A DNA stretch of 64,000 nucleotides from the NCBI GenBank assembly GCA_034521595.1, contig JAXHMG010000003.1:1952001-2016000 (forward strand). The letters are read 5' to 3'. This document shows positions 8,586-20,125 of this stretch, piece after piece. The position numbers and the translations under genes are program-made. The notes under the pieces were generated by a model that was given only the letters and a program-made list of their open reading frames with translations, was not told the origin of the DNA and did not search any database. How positions within the stretch are numbered: the first letter of the stretch is position 1; every line of letters begins with the position of its first letter. This stretch comes from Gemmatimonadota bacterium (GTDB lineage: Bacteria > Gemmatimonadota > Gemmatimonadetes > Longimicrobiales > Gaopeijiaceae).

Positions 8586-8810
8586 CTACCCGTCGGACAT
8601 CACACGCGCCGACCGTGCGGCAGCATACCGCTCAGACTGCTCCCGCTCTGTAGCTATCTCCAAGGGCCCTACATCAGTACGCAGGCTGTAGGTCGTGCTA
8701 CCAACGACGACCTGGCCCCGTCCACCGTTGATCAGGGAGTTCCGAAGCTGATGTCGAGCGCTGGGGCTGCTCAGAACCTTCTGAAGACTCTTGGAAATGC
8801 GACCCTTCAT
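8586..8810 (-). CDS. Small basic hypothetical protein
   Basis: 74 aa; RBS gaggga; ends 12 bp before the membrane gene. Confidence 0.6.
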   Translation of the reverse strand: MKGRISKSLQKVLSSPSARHQLRNSLINGGRGQVVVGSTTYSLRTDVGPLEIATEREQSERYAAARSARVMSDG

Positions 8811-9000
8811 AATTCCCTCACTTAAGCCCGAAGGTACACCGAAAAGTACTTAGGTCTTTGACCAAGGGCAATGAAGCGATCACCGAGCTTCCTGTCATGA
8901 CGCTCAAGGACCCGCATTCCCGACCTTCGATTCCCAGTCGGGACCATGGCGCGCTCGGAGAAGCCGTTCACTGCGCAAAGGGCTTCGTCCTGGTGCCCGC

Positions 9001-9060
9001 CTTCAACCTCCCCCACCCTACAGGGCGCCAGAATACACCGATGGGACGGCTGACACCGCC
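9001..9060. repeat. Repeat R, copy 2 (just downstream of the Wzi-like gene)
   Basis: 50/60 identical to 5845-5904. Confidence 0.85.
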
Positions 9061-9071
9061 GGCACAGCCCC

Positions 9072-10733
9072 CTACCGCGGCCGCCACCGGGCCGAGAGGC
9101 TCAGATTCACGTTCCAGACGTCGTTGCCACGGTCGAAGTAGCGGTTGAGCTCCCTGGTGAGCGTCAGGCCCCCACCGAGATCGAACGGACCCGCGAACAC
9201 CAGCGCTTCCAAGCCGGCGCTCAGTCCCACGTGGTGGCAGCAGAAGTCGAGATCATTCGCCTCGGCGAACGCGTAGTACGCGTCGTTGTCGTGGATGCGC
9301 CGCTCCAGGAGCAGGCGGGCGCGCCCCCAGTCCTCGTATAGCTCAGTGGTGATCACCTGAGCGTTGCCACCGGGCCCCACGTTGGAGCCGATCGCCTGCC
9401 CTTCGTTCGTATAGCCCTGACGGACGATGTGGTGCGCATAGAACACCGGGGTCGGCCGGACCTCGGTCGTGCGGCCGCGCTGGAGGTTGATCATCTCCGC
9501 ACCGACGGCGAGGCGCCGTCCGTCCTCCAGGCTCGTAGCCTTCCTCAGGCCCAGCACGTACCCCTGCGAGTGCTCCGGCTCCATGAAGTAATCGCGGAAG
9601 TTCCAACTGTGGTCGTTGCGCGCCCACTCTCCGTAGAGCTCGAGGCCGCTCTCGGGAAAGACCCAGCGCATGAAGAGGGAGAGCATCTGGTCTTCGCGAT
9701 CGTTCCCCTGAGGGTTGTCGGGCGTCGCGAGGCCCTCCTTGCGCACGCCCTGGAGCACGAGGAAGAAGTCGCCAAGCTCCGGTCCCCCTTCGGGCACGTA
9801 TCCGTAGAACATGCGCGTGGCTCCGAGATGCAAACCCTCGACGAACGCCGGCTGATAGGTGAGGGCGAGGCCCGTGAGGAAACGGTCGGTATCCTCGACC
9901 GAGGGGTCGTAGTGGTCGGACTGGCCGAGACGGCCCCAGACCCACTGCGCCTCCAGGTCTCCAATCCAGATGTCCACCGGGCTCCGCGTACCCAGGAAGC
10001 CGTGCACGATGCCCGGGGCATTGTCGCTCATGAGGATGGAATGATGGATGCCCGGGCCCCACCAGAGGTTGCGACTGCTGAGGCCCAGGGTCACGCCGCG
10101 CGCATCGAGCCGAATCTCGGAGTCGCCGGGGTGCACGGTGGTCACGGTTCCGTCGCCGAACCGCTGCGGCATGTCGATGCGCCGCCAGGGATAGGCCACC
10201 TCCGGCATGCCCGAGGGCGTCTCGGGCGCCAAGTCGAAAGCGGCGTTCTGCGAGACGGTGACGGTGGGCTGCGCCCGCACCGAGAGCCACCCCCAGCGGG
10301 CCCACGCGCCCAGGTCCAGCGCCGTCGTCAAGCCCTTACCCTGCCAGGCCACCCCGTCGTTACCCCCGAACGGATGGCCGGTGTTCGCCCACACACGGGC
10401 CCGAGCTTCGGTCCAGCCTCCGTCCAAGCTCCACGGCGTTCGCACACCCGTATCGCTGCGGTCGTCCCGGCGCATGAATGCGGCGCCGAGCCGGTCCGCC
10501 CACGGGTGACCCGACCGGTCGAGCTGTGGTGGAGCGGCGTCCATCAGCGGCCGGATCGAGAACGCGCTTGGCGAGGCCTCGCCGGCCGGGCTTCGAGGAG
10601 GCGGAGGTAGTCCTCCATGAGGGTCGCCGACGCCGCGGAGGGACTGGGCGGAGGTAGAGACCGGGAGCATGGTCCCGACGCCAACGCCAAGGCGGCACGC
10701 GAGCCAGATTCCGAGCCAGTCGTCGGATGGCAT
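9072..10733 (-). CDS. Capsule-assembly Wzi-like outer-membrane protein
   Basis: NDGVAWQGKG, IDMPQRFG, NLWWGPG..SILMSDNAPG; beta-barrel-like C-terminus; 5' part may contain indels. Confidence 0.7.
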   Translation of the reverse strand: MPSDDWLGIWLACRLGVGVGTMLPVSTSAQSLRGVGDPHGGLPPPPRSPAGEASPSAFSIRPLMDAAPPQLDRSGHPWADRLGAAFMRRDDRSDTGVRTPWSLDGGWTEARARVWANTGHPFGGNDGVAWQGKGLTTALDLGAWARWGWLSVRAQPTVTVSQNAAFDLAPETPSGMPEVAYPWRRIDMPQRFGDGTVTTVHPGDSEIRLDARGVTLGLSSRNLWWGPGIHHSILMSDNAPGIVHGFLGTRSPVDIWIGDLEAQWVWGRLGQSDHYDPSVEDTDRFLTGLALTYQPAFVEGLHLGATRMFYGYVPEGGPELGDFFLVLQGVRKEGLATPDNPQGNDREDQMLSLFMRWVFPESGLELYGEWARNDHSWNFRDYFMEPEHSQGYVLGLRKATSLEDGRRLAVGAEMINLQRGRTTEVRPTPVFYAHHIVRQGYTNEGQAIGSNVGPGGNAQVITTELYEDWGRARLLLERRIHDNDAYYAFAEANDLDFCCHHVGLSAGLEALVFAGPFDLGGGLTLTRELNRYFDRGNDVWNVNLSLSARWRPR

Positions 10734-10781
10734 CGAGTCGATGAGCTTCGTCCGGGCAGCGCCAGATGCGGAGCGACGGCT

Positions 10782-12360
10782 CTAGTGGGCGCCTCGGCGG
10801 ATGAGCACGGCCGGCAGGGGTGAGCACGAGGATGCAGAGGTCGCGGAGGAGGGACCAGCGCCGCACGTAGTCCAGATCCATCTCGGCGCGCTCGGGGATA
10901 CGCGATCGCGCTTCGCCCGGAGACCCGCCGGAGGCCGGTCATGCCCGGCTTGACCGAGAGCAGCGTCGGGTATGCAGTCCTACATAGCTGTCGATCTCCG
11001 GTCCCGACCAGGGGCCGGGGGCCTGAGCAGCGACATCGCCGCTCACGAATCACATTCAGCAGCTGAGGCCGACTCATCGATGCTGGTCTTGCGGATGAAG
11101 CCGGCCCACCCGCGTGATCCCGCGAGGATCCTCGTTCCTCCGGCAAGTCGGAGTCAAGTTGTCCAGGTAGAGCTGGTAGCAGGTCCGGGTTTCTGCTTGA
11201 AGACCTCCTCGGCGTCGGTCCGCATGCTTCCGGAACTTGAACATGGGGAAGGATCAGGCCCTGGAAGCCCGGTCGGGCGCTGCGGCGAACAGCGCGGGCC
11301 GCCTGGCGAGATCGAGCCTGATCCAAGAGCGCGACTACGAGCTAAAGGAGAGGGCTCGAACAGGAATGAGGAGCACGATGAGACCCACGATGTCCGAGCC
11401 GCCCGGCCGAGCAGTAGTTGCGAGGCGCGCAAGCCCGGCGCGGTCAAGCTCGAGCATCGGCTGGCCCTCCATCCGCGCCCGGCTGCGTCGCCACGACCGC
11501 CCAGTAGCCGCGAGCCGCGGGGCGCGCAGAGCAGCCGGCAGCCGTGGGTGAGATGCGAAGTCGGTCAGGTGTCCGGAAGTCGTCGGGAGGCATCTGCCCC
11601 CGAACCACGATGGTGTCCACTCCACCCTCGAGCCAACGCTCGAGCCGCTTCGACGTTGTCCGGGAGCGAGTCGACGCGTCGGAGCGACTGGCCACGACCT
11701 CGTAGGCCGAACCGAGCTCGGACGCGCGCTCCCGGGTCTGGATCGCTTCCATCGGTGACCTCCAGGACGACTTGGTGTGAGCCATTCCGGCCACGGGCGA
11801 ACTCGCCGAGTCGCCACAGCCCGCCGGAAAGGCTTCGGCCCGACGGCGAGCAGGGGCGCGAGCGCGGTCGAGATGAGCACGCCCCTGCCCCACCACCGCC
11901 GCCGGGGTGACCATGCCGACACCTCCGAGTAGCGGGCCAGGATGACCGCCGATTCCCTGCGGCCGTAATGAATCCGCACCGGATCGCGCCATCGATGCCC
12001 GGCACGGGTAACGGCGCGGGAAGATCAGGAGGCTCAGGACGATGGCGACCGTGATCTGCGGCGCCGAGACGGCGCGAACGCTGGAGCAGCCGTCGCGCGA
12101 GCTGAGCTCGAGCTCGCGCCGAGGACGCCCTCGCGGAAGCCCCGATCACCCTTGCATCTGCCGCCCCAGCCAAATCACGCCCACATCGAGCGCCTGCGAG
12201 CAGGGCGAACCGCAGGCCACCCTTGACGCAGGTGACCTCGGAGGGACTCGCCGCAGGACTGGGCCCGCCCTCGGGCTCGAGGCCGGCGGCCAGGAACTGG
12301 CGCGAGTCCCGGCGGCGCCTGGCTCAGCCGGGCTGCCGGGGGTTCGAGGGCGGTGCTCAA
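10782..12360 (-). CDS. Bacterial sugar transferase (polyprenyl-phosphate glycosylphosphotransferase), frameshifted
   Basis: Fragments MRTDAE, PQLLNVI, LLSVKPGMTGL, VSGRS, MDLDYVRRWSLLRDL in different frames. Confidence 0.75.
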
Positions 12361-12517
12361 GAGTCACTGAAGCGCTGAGGGCGAGAATAAGAGGTAATCG
12401 TGAATGGCGATTGCGTCCGGAAGGTGAAAAGCGGGCCAGCTGATATCGCGAGCATTGTAACGCTCCGGCTGCGACGTGAACACCCCGCGAGCAGAGCTGC
12501 GCGTCTCATCGAGGCCG

Positions 12518-14733
12518 TCACGCCCACCCCAGGTCGTCCTCGTCGAAGCGCTCCCTGCGCTGCACGTCGAGCACGCCCTTCACGCGCGCCGATGGAACGC
12601 TTCGCACCTTCTCCGAGATGTGACAGGTCGCGGACTTCAACCACGAACTCGCCCTTCATGCCCGCCCTCCGCGGCCGCGCGCATGTCGGCGTGCTGGATG
12701 TCGGTGCCCGTGGCGGTGATCGCCTTGGCGATGTCCGAGAGCAGCCCGCGCCGGTCCGACCCCCGCGTGTAGAGCTTCACGAAGAAGCGCTCCCCCTGCT
12801 CCGCCGACCACTCGATCTCCATGCGGCGGTCCGGGTCCTGCGACAGGTTCAGCACGTTCGGGCAGTCCTTGCGGTGGATCGAGACCCCCCGGCCGGCCGT
12901 GATGTAGCCGATCACGTCATCCCCCGGCACCGGCTGGCAGCACTGGGAATACCGGACCATAAGGTTGTCGATGCCCTGGATCCGCACCCCCTTGTCGGAC
13001 CGCCGGATCTTGCTCGGCGATGCTGGCGAGCTGGAGTGGCTCGTGCTCGGCGCGCCTCGTTGACCTCCTCCTCCGGAAAGACCTCCTTGAGCACCGCCGA
13101 CGGACCGATGTCGCCCCGTCCGAGTGCGGCGTGGACGTGCTCCCAATCCGGGTAGTCGAGCTCCTGCGCGGCCCGCTCCAGCGCGGACGAATCCGGCAGG
13201 CTCACGCGCAGCTTCTTGATCTCCCGGTCCAGGAACTCCTTGCCCAGCTTGACGGACTGCTCGTGCTCCTCGGCGCGGATCCACTGCCGGACCCGCTGGC
13301 GGGCCGCTGACGTCTTCACGAAGCGCGAGCCAGTCGCGGCGACGGCGTCTGGCTGCTGCGTAGGTCGAGGATCTCGACGGTGTCGCCGTTCTTCAGCTCG
13401 CGCGACAGGGGCGCGATCCGTCCGTTCACCTTCGCGCCGGCGCAGTGGTTCCCGATCTCGGTGTGCACCGCGAAGGCGAAGTCGATCGGGGTCGCGCCCA
13501 CGGGAAGCTGCTTCACGCTCGCCCTTCGGGGTGAAGACGAAGATCTCGCCCTGGAAGAGGTCCATCCGGAGGAACTCCATGAATTCCTCCGGCTCCGAGG
13601 TTTCCTGCTGCCATTCGAGCACCTGGCGGAACCAGGTGAGGGCCTCGTCGAACTCGTCCTCCTTCCGGCTCCGACCGCCCTCCTTGTAGCGCCAGTGCGC
13701 CGGCGATCCCGTATTCCGCCGTCGCGGTGCATCTCCTCGGTGCGGATCTGGATCTCGTAGCGCCGGCCGCCGGGTCCGAAGACCGTGGTGTGGAGCGACC
13801 GGTACATGTTCGACTTCGGCGTCGGCGATGTAGTCGTGGAACCGCTCCTGGATGGGAGTCCACCGTGATGTGGATCATGCCGAGCGCGGCGTAGCAGTTC
13901 TGCACCGTGTCGGTGATCACCCGCATCGCCATGAGGTCGTAGATCTCCTCGAAGGGCTTGTCCCGCTTCGACGATCTTCCGGTGGATCGACCAGAGGTGC
14001 TTCGGCCGTCCGGTGACCTCTGCCGGGACGCCGGCCTCGTCGAGCAGCTTCCTCCAGGGGCCGCTGGATGCTCCGAGGATCTCGCCGCTCCCGCTCCTTG
14101 CCGGCGCTGCTGGACCAGGCGCCTGAGCTCGTCGTACGCGTCGGGCTCCAGGAACTTGAACGCCGAGGTCCTCGAGCTCCCACTCACCTGCGCCATCCCG
14201 AGCCGGTGGGCGAGCGGCGCGTAGATCTCGCGGGTCTCGAGGGCGATCCGCTGCTGCTTCTGCCGCGGCAGGTGCTCGAGCGTCCGCATGTTGTGGAGCC
14301 GGTCGGCGAGCTTGATCAGGATGACCCGGGCGTCCTCGGCCATCGAGAGGAGGAGCTTCCGGTAGTTCTCGGCCTGGCGCTCGGTCTGGGAACGGAACTG
14401 CACCTTGCCCGATCTTGGTGACGCCGTCGACGATCTGGGCCACCTCCCGCCGAACCGCTCCTCCACGTCGGCGAGCGAGAACTCCGTGTCCTCCACCACG
14501 TCGTGGATCAGCCCCGCGACGATGGACGCCGTGTCGAGCGGAGCTTCGCCAGGATCGTCGCCACCTCGATCGTGTGCTTGACGTAGTCCTCGCCGGACGC
14601 GCGCCTCTGACCCGCGTGCGCTCCACGCCAGGTCGTAGGCCTCGCTGATGGTCGACGTCCAGGCGGTCGGCGTGCGCTCGAGCGCCCGGGCGAGCGGGCG
14701 CGGGATGCCGCGGATGGTCGTGGCGGTGGTCAT
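12518..14733 (-). CDS. relA: Bifunctional (p)ppGpp synthetase/hydrolase RelA/SpoT, frameshifted in assembly
   Basis: LIHDVVEDT (HD), IKLADRLHNMRTL, KSNMYRSLHTTV, TGS TPIDFAFAVHT, CCQPVPGD, C-terminal ACT. Confidence 0.92.
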
Positions 14734-14773
14734 GGTTTCCGATGCCATACACCATGGTGTTGGTTTGGTATCC
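14690..14773. repeat. Two-part duplication: relA 5' end (14690-14733) and an SLC13 segment (14739-14773)
   Basis: 42/44 identical to 15518-15561 and 34/35 identical to 15659-15693. Confidence 0.92.
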
Positions 14774-14835
14774 TCATACCGTCGATCTCATCAGCGGTTC
14801 AACTGCAGGGGCATTGGATCAAGAGAGGTAGCACC

Positions 14836-15093
14836 ATGAACGTCAGCTTGACACCGGAACTCGAGTCCTTCGTGACGACGAAGGTCGGTAGCGGCCTCTA
14901 CGGCTCGCAGAGCGAGGTCGTGAGAGAGGGGTTGCGGTTATTGATGGAGCGTGACCGACTGACAGAGGCGCGGCTGCAGGACCTCAGGGCCGAGGTAGCA
15001 GACGGTCTCGAGCAGGCCCGGCGGGGAGAGTTGATCCCGGGCGAGGAGGTCCGCGATCGGATTCGGCAAAAGAGCCGTGACCGGCGCAAGTGA
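14836..15093 (+). CDS. ParD-family antitoxin
   Basis: MNVSLTPELESFV..KVGSGLYGSQSEVVREGLRLL. Confidence 0.9.
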   Translation: MNVSLTPELESFVTTKVGSGLYGSQSEVVREGLRLLMERDRLTEARLQDLRAEVADGLEQARRGELIPGEEVRDRIRQKSRDRRK

Positions 15094-15141
15094 GGGTCTA
15101 CTACCTCACGCCCAAAGCCGCCACGGGCATAGAGAGCATCA
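15090..15141 (+). pseudogene. ParE toxin stub
   Basis: GTGA-coupled MRVYYLTPKAATGIESI; similarity is then lost. Confidence 0.5.
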
Positions 15142-15392
15142 TGAGGGCGCTCCCCCACCTCGCGCACGCGTAGGTCAATCCCGTCTACGACAGGAACAGA
15201 AAGTTGCGAGAGATCCGAAACAGCACCCACTCCTCGAGAACCTCCTCCAGCTCATCGCGACACGCCTCGAGGCTCTCGGCGTTCGCGTCACTCCCTCCTA
15301 GCGTCCGGGATTTCTCCGTCGTCGTCCCATCCTCTTCCAGAATCTGCGTAGTGGGCACGTCGCATGGCGCCACTCACGTATTCCCGCAGCAT
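15140..15392 (-). CDS. HicB-like antitoxin, frameshifted, no hicA partner seen
   Basis: Pieces MLREYVSGAMRRAHY / ILEEDG / GEIPD / ANAESLEACRDELEEVLEEWVLFRI / PVVDGIDL. Confidence 0.7.
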
Positions 15393-15517
15393 CAGGGCGG
15401 TCCCGGGCACCTGCTTCTCGACCCACATGATACTCCACGGAGCACGATGCAGAGCCAGGGACTTCGAAGGCCAGACACTCCATCTCCAAGCGGATGGCCG
15501 CCATCGCCCGCCGGTGC

Positions 15518-15693
15518 GCGAGCGGGCGCGGGAGACCGCGGATGGTCGTGGCGGTGGTCATAGCCCCCATCGCAGACGGATGAGCACGACGATGCCGGCC
15601 GCGGCGGTCAACGTCACGGGCAAGCCGAGCGCGAACGTAGTCCCGCACGCGGTAGCCACCGATGCCATACACCATGGTGTTGGTCTGGTATCC
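15518..15693. repeat. Resident copy of the SLC13 end / relA start junction
   Basis: SLC13 stop overlaps an ATG (ATGA) giving a dead-end MTTATTIRGLPRPLA copy of the relA N-terminus. Confidence 0.9.
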
Positions 15694-17327
15694 GACGGGG
15701 GTGAGGAACGAGGCGGAGGCGGCGAGCGCGACGGCCCACGCGAACGCGCGCGGCTCGGCTCCGCTGGCCTGGGCGGCGGCGATGGCCACGGGGAACATGA
15801 GCACGGCGGCCGCGTTGTTGGTGATGAGCTCGGTGAGGGCGAGGGTGCAGAGGACGACCGCGGTGAGCACGGCGAGGGGGCCGAGCGCGAAGGACATGCC
15901 GACGATGCCGCTCGCGAGCACGCCGGCGAGTCCGGACGCTTCGATCGCGTTGCCGACCCCGAACGCGGCGGCGATGAGCAGCACGACGTTCTATGTCGAC
16001 CGAGCGCGCCGCTTCGTTGGGCGTGAGGATGCCGGTGACGACCATGAGCACGCCCGCGAGGAGCGCGCCCTTGAGGATCGGCAGCAGCCCGAGCGCGGCG
16101 AGCGCGACGACGGCGCCGGCCGTGGCGAGCACGAAGAGGCCCTTGCGGGTGCCGACGGGCATGGAGCCGTCGAGCTCGGAGACGAGCAGGAAGTCGCGGC
16201 GGTCCTTCCACTGCTCGCGGAACCCCTTGCGGGCGAGCAGCAGCAGCGTGTCGCCGCCGCGGAGCGGGACCCGTCCGAGCTTGGCCCGGACGCGCTCGCC
16301 GGCGCGGTGGATGGCGACGACGGCGGCCTGGTACTGCTCCCTGAAGTCGGTGCTCGAGAGCGTCTCGCCGACGAGCGGGGAGGTGGGGCTCACGACCGCC
16401 TCGTAGAACGCGTGCGCGCCGTCGCGGAACTCCGCGGCGTGGTGGTGCTCGGAGGAACGGAGGCCCCGCATCTGCTGGAGGTCGACGACCAGGTCGGCGC
16501 GGCCCACGAACCCGAGCTGGTCGCCGCCCCGGAGCACCGCGTCGGGGCCGACCGGTGCGATGACGCCGTCGTCGCGCTCGATGCGGGCGAGGTCGACGCC
16601 TCCGGTTGCGGAGGCCGGCTTCCTCGACCGACTTGCCGTCGACGGCGCCGCCGGGCTCGACCTCCATCTCGACGCTGAACTCCTTGAGCTCCTCCTCGAA
16701 CGTCGTGTAGAGGCCGCGCCGGTCGGGCAGCAGCCGCGGCGCGAGCATGATGAGGAGCACGAGTCCGACAATGGCGATAGGCAGCGCCACGCCGCTCATC
16801 TCGAACATGCCGAGCGGCGCCGCGCCGGACGCCTCGAGCAGGCCGGACGCGACGAGGTTCGTCGAGGTCCCGATGAGCGTGACCATGCCGCCGAGGATCG
16901 CGGCGAACGAGATCGGCATGAGGTACCACGAGCCGGACGGCCGCGCTGCTGCGCCCAGGTCGCGACCTGCGGGGCGAGCATGCGCCACGATCGGCGTGTT
17001 GTTGAGGATCGACGACGCGGCCGCGGTGGGGACGGCGGCGCGCGCAACATGATCCGGTGGCCGCGCTTCGCCGACAGCGTGCCCGCGAGCAGCGGCTGGA
17101 GCGCGCCGGTCTTCTCGACCGCGCGGGCGAGGACGAAGAGCGCGGCGACGGTGATGGGCGCGGCGTTCGAGAACCCGGCGAGCGCTTCGAGCCGGACGTG
17201 ACGACGCCCGCCACGAGCAGGAGCACCATCGCGCCGACGACGGCCAGCGACGGCGCGAGCCGCTCCCGCAGCATCGGTGACGACGGCCAGGACCACGACG
17301 GCCAGCGTGAACCACCGCGATGGTCAT
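15558..17327 (-). CDS. SLC13-family permease with TrkA-C domains (probable sulfate transporter), frameshifted
   Basis: LNNTPIVA, TLIGTSTNL, TELITNNAAAVLMFP, SFLTPVGYQTNTMVYG. Confidence 0.85.
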   Translation of the reverse strand: MTIAVVHAGRRGPGRRHRCCGSGSRRRWPSSARWCSCSWRASSRPARSARRVLERRAHHRRRALRPRPRGREDRRAPAAARGHAVGEARPPDHVARAAVPTAAASSILNNTPIVAHARPAGRDLGAAARPSGSWYLMPISFAAILGGMVTLIGTSTNLVASGLLEASGAAPLGMFEMSGVALPIAIVGLVLLIMLAPRLLPDRRGLYTTFEEELKEFSVEMEVEPGGAVDGKSVEEAGLRNRRRRPRPHRARRRRHRTGRPRRGAPGRRPARVRGPRRPGRRPPADAGPPFLRAPPRRGVPRRRARVLRGGREPHLPARRRDALEHRLQGAVPGRRRRHPPRRRARPGQARTGPAPRRRHAAAARPQGVPRAVEGPPRLPARLRARRLHARRHPQGPLRARHGRRRRRARRARAAADPQGRAPRGRAHGRHRHPHAQRSGALGRHRTSCCSSPPRSGSATRSKRPDSPACSRAASSACPSRSAPSPCSPRSSSAPSPSPSSSPTTRPPCSCSPWPSPPPRPAEPSRARSRGPSRSPPPPRSSPPSDTRPTPWCMASVATACGTTFALGLPVTLTAAAGIVVLIRLRWGL

Positions 17328-18155
17328 GACGGGTCGGTCAGCCGCTGCGACGACCGAGTCCAGTCCAGCTCGGGGTCGCCGGCGGCGACGAACTTCGGGT
17401 TGCGGAGCTCCGGCTTACCGTAGGGGAGCCGCTCGCCTTCGAGCGTGAACACCCCGCCGCCGGCCGCTTCGAGCACCGCCTGGGCCGCGCCCGTGTTCCA
17501 CTCCATCGTGGGTCCGTCCCGGAGGTAGAGGTCGGCCTTGCCCTCGGCGATCAGGCAGAACTTGAGCGAGCTGCCCATGCTCAGGGTCTCGGCGCCCGGC
17601 AGCCGCTCGAGCAGCGCCCGCACCTCGGGCCCCGCGTGGTCGCGGCTCGCGACCACCCGAGCCGGTCGGGGTCGGCGGGCCGCACTTCGAGCGGCCGAGC
17701 GCGTCTCCGCCGTCCCACAGCTCGGCACCGTCGCTTCGCCCGCGACCCAGCTCTTGCCCAGCGCCGGTGCGTGCACGACGCCGGCCACCGGCCGTCCGCC
17801 GCGTACGAGCGCGATGTTGACCGTGAACTCACCCGTCCGCTTGATGAACTCCTTCGTGCCGTCGAGCGGATCGACGAGCCAGTAGGTGGCTCCGTCCGCG
17901 AAGACCGCTCGCGTCCGGGGCGGCCCCTTCCTCGGAGATCACCGGCACGTCGGGCGTCAGCGCCCGGAGGCCGTGTTCGATCACGCGGTGGCTCGCGCGG
18001 TCGGCTTCGGTGAGCGGCGTGCGGTCGTCCTTCAGGGTCACGTCCGCGTCGTCACGGGCGTAGACCTCCAGGATGGCGGCACCCGCGCGATGCGCGAGCG
18101 CGACGACGGGCTCCAGCTCGGTGAGACCGGAGCGCATCGTCCCATCGCCCGTCAC
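17324..18155 (-). CDS. cysQ: 3'(2'),5'-bisphosphate nucleotidase, frameshifted
   Basis: KDDRTPLTEAD, ISEE, DPLDGTKEF, GSSLKFCLIAEGKAD, PTMEW.TGAAQ. Confidence 0.9.
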
Positions 18156-20125
18156 CCGAGGGCTCCGGGATCCGGGATGCCCGGCACGATCCCCTCGGCC
18201 TCGAGCCGTTCGAGCACCATACGGGCCGCGCGGCTCACGTCGGCCTCCACGGTGTCGAGTCGGATCTCGGGCTCGCGCGGCTCCTCGTAGAGGCCCTGGC
18301 TGCCGGGGCAGGTGCGAGACCTCGCCCTTCTCTTCCCGCGCGTAGAGGCCCTTCGGGTCGCGCTTCTTCGACTACCTCGATCGGGGCGTGCACGTGCACC
18401 TCGTAGAACCGGCCCTCGGGCCACGAGCGCGCGGGCGTGATGCCGGTCCCTGCGGTACGGGGACACGAACGTGCAGATCACCGACGTCCCCGTGCTCGAA
18501 GAACAGCTTCGCGACCTCGGCCCACCCGCCGGATGTTCTCCGTGCGGTCCTCCGCGCTGAACCCGAGGTCGCCACAGAGCCCGTGCCGGACCTGGTCGCC
18601 CTCGAGCAACATCGTGCGCACGCCGCGCTCGAACAGGCGCCGCTCGACCTCGCGCGCGATCGTCGTCTTGCCCAGCCCGACGGGCCGGTGAGTCGATGAC
18701 GGCCGCCTGTGCGCCGTTCCGCTTCTCGCGCTCCTCGCGCGGCACGTTCCACGCTTCCCACACCACGTCGGGCGGTACCCGGCGCCGCACCTTGCAGGTG
18801 CGGTCTCCGGCTCGGTGATCTCGTCGAGCGGCTTCACGCGCTCCGGATCATCCCGGCCCCGACCGTCGCGTTCGTGTGCGGATCGATCAGCACGAAGCTG
18901 CCCGTCGCCGGGTTCACCCGGTAGGAGTCGAAGCAGAGCGGGCTCGCCGTGGTGATCTCGACGCGCGCCGATCTCGTTCAGGCCCAGCGTGCGGCGCTTC
19001 GTGTCCCGGTGGAGCGTGTCCACGTCGATCCGGTACTCGACCTTGTCCACGAACGCCTGCACCTCGCGCGTCGTGTGCATCAGCACGTAGCTCCGGCCCG
19101 GCTCCATCGGCTCCTCGGCCATCCAGCACAGGTCGCCCTCGAAGCGCTCCGCCCACGGTCGGCACGTTCTTCTTGCGCACGATCATGTCGCCGCGCGAGA
19201 TGTCGACCTCGTCCTCCATCGTCAGCACGACGGCGTCGCCCACCATCGCTTCCTCGACCGGACCGTCCGCGGTCTCGACCCCGTGCACGCGCGTGCTCCG
19301 GCCCGAGGGGAGCACCACCACCTCCTCGCCCGCACTCACCGAGCCCGACGCGATCGTGCCCGCGTAGCCCCGGAAGTTCTGGTTCGGCCGGATCACGTGC
19401 TGCACCGGATAGCGGAAGTCGATGCGGTTCTCGCGCCCCCCGACGCTCACCGTCTCCAGGTGGTGCAGCAGCGCCCCGCCTTCGTCCCACGGCATGCGCT
19501 CCGACCACTCGACCACGTTGTCGCCGACGAGCGCGCTCACCGGCACGTAGGTGATGTCCTTGACCGTGAGGCTTCGTCGCGAACTCCTCGAAGTCCGCCA
19601 CCGGATGCGCTCGAACACCTCCTCGGAGTCGTCGACGAGGTCCATCTTGTTCACCGCGACCACGATGTGCGGCGAGGGACGCCAGCAGCGACGTGATGAA
19701 CGACGTGCCGCTTCGACTGCGTGAGCACGCACCTTGCGCGCGTCCGCCAGGATCACGGCCAGGTCCGACGTCGACGCGCCCGTACCACCATGTTCCGCGT
19801 GTACTGCACGTGCCCCGGCGTGTCCGCGATGACGAAGCTTCCCGCTTCGGCGTCGCGAAGTAGCGGTACGCCAGCGTCGATGGTGATCTTCTGCTCGCGC
19901 TCGGCCCCGGAGCCCGTCGGTGAGCAGCGCGAGGTTCACCTCGCGCCTGCGCCGAGCTTCCGGCTCACGCCCTCGACGTGCTGCGTCTTGATCCTCGAAG
20001 ATCGACTTCGTCTACGTCGAGCAGACGCCCGATCAACGTGCATCTTGCCGTCGTCCACGCTCCCGGCGGTGCTGAAGCGCCAGCAGGTCCATCTCCGTAT
20101 GCACGCCCGTCGCCGTCGTCGTCAT
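18152..20125 (-). CDS. cysNC: Sulfate adenylyltransferase large subunit fused to APS kinase, frameshifted
   Basis: [67 protein letters not shown]. Confidence 0.9.

Noticed and set aside
1-9060. Integron cassette array
   Set aside because: No integrase in the window, no recurring attC-like RYYYAAC...GTTRRRY sites found, and genes lie on both strands.
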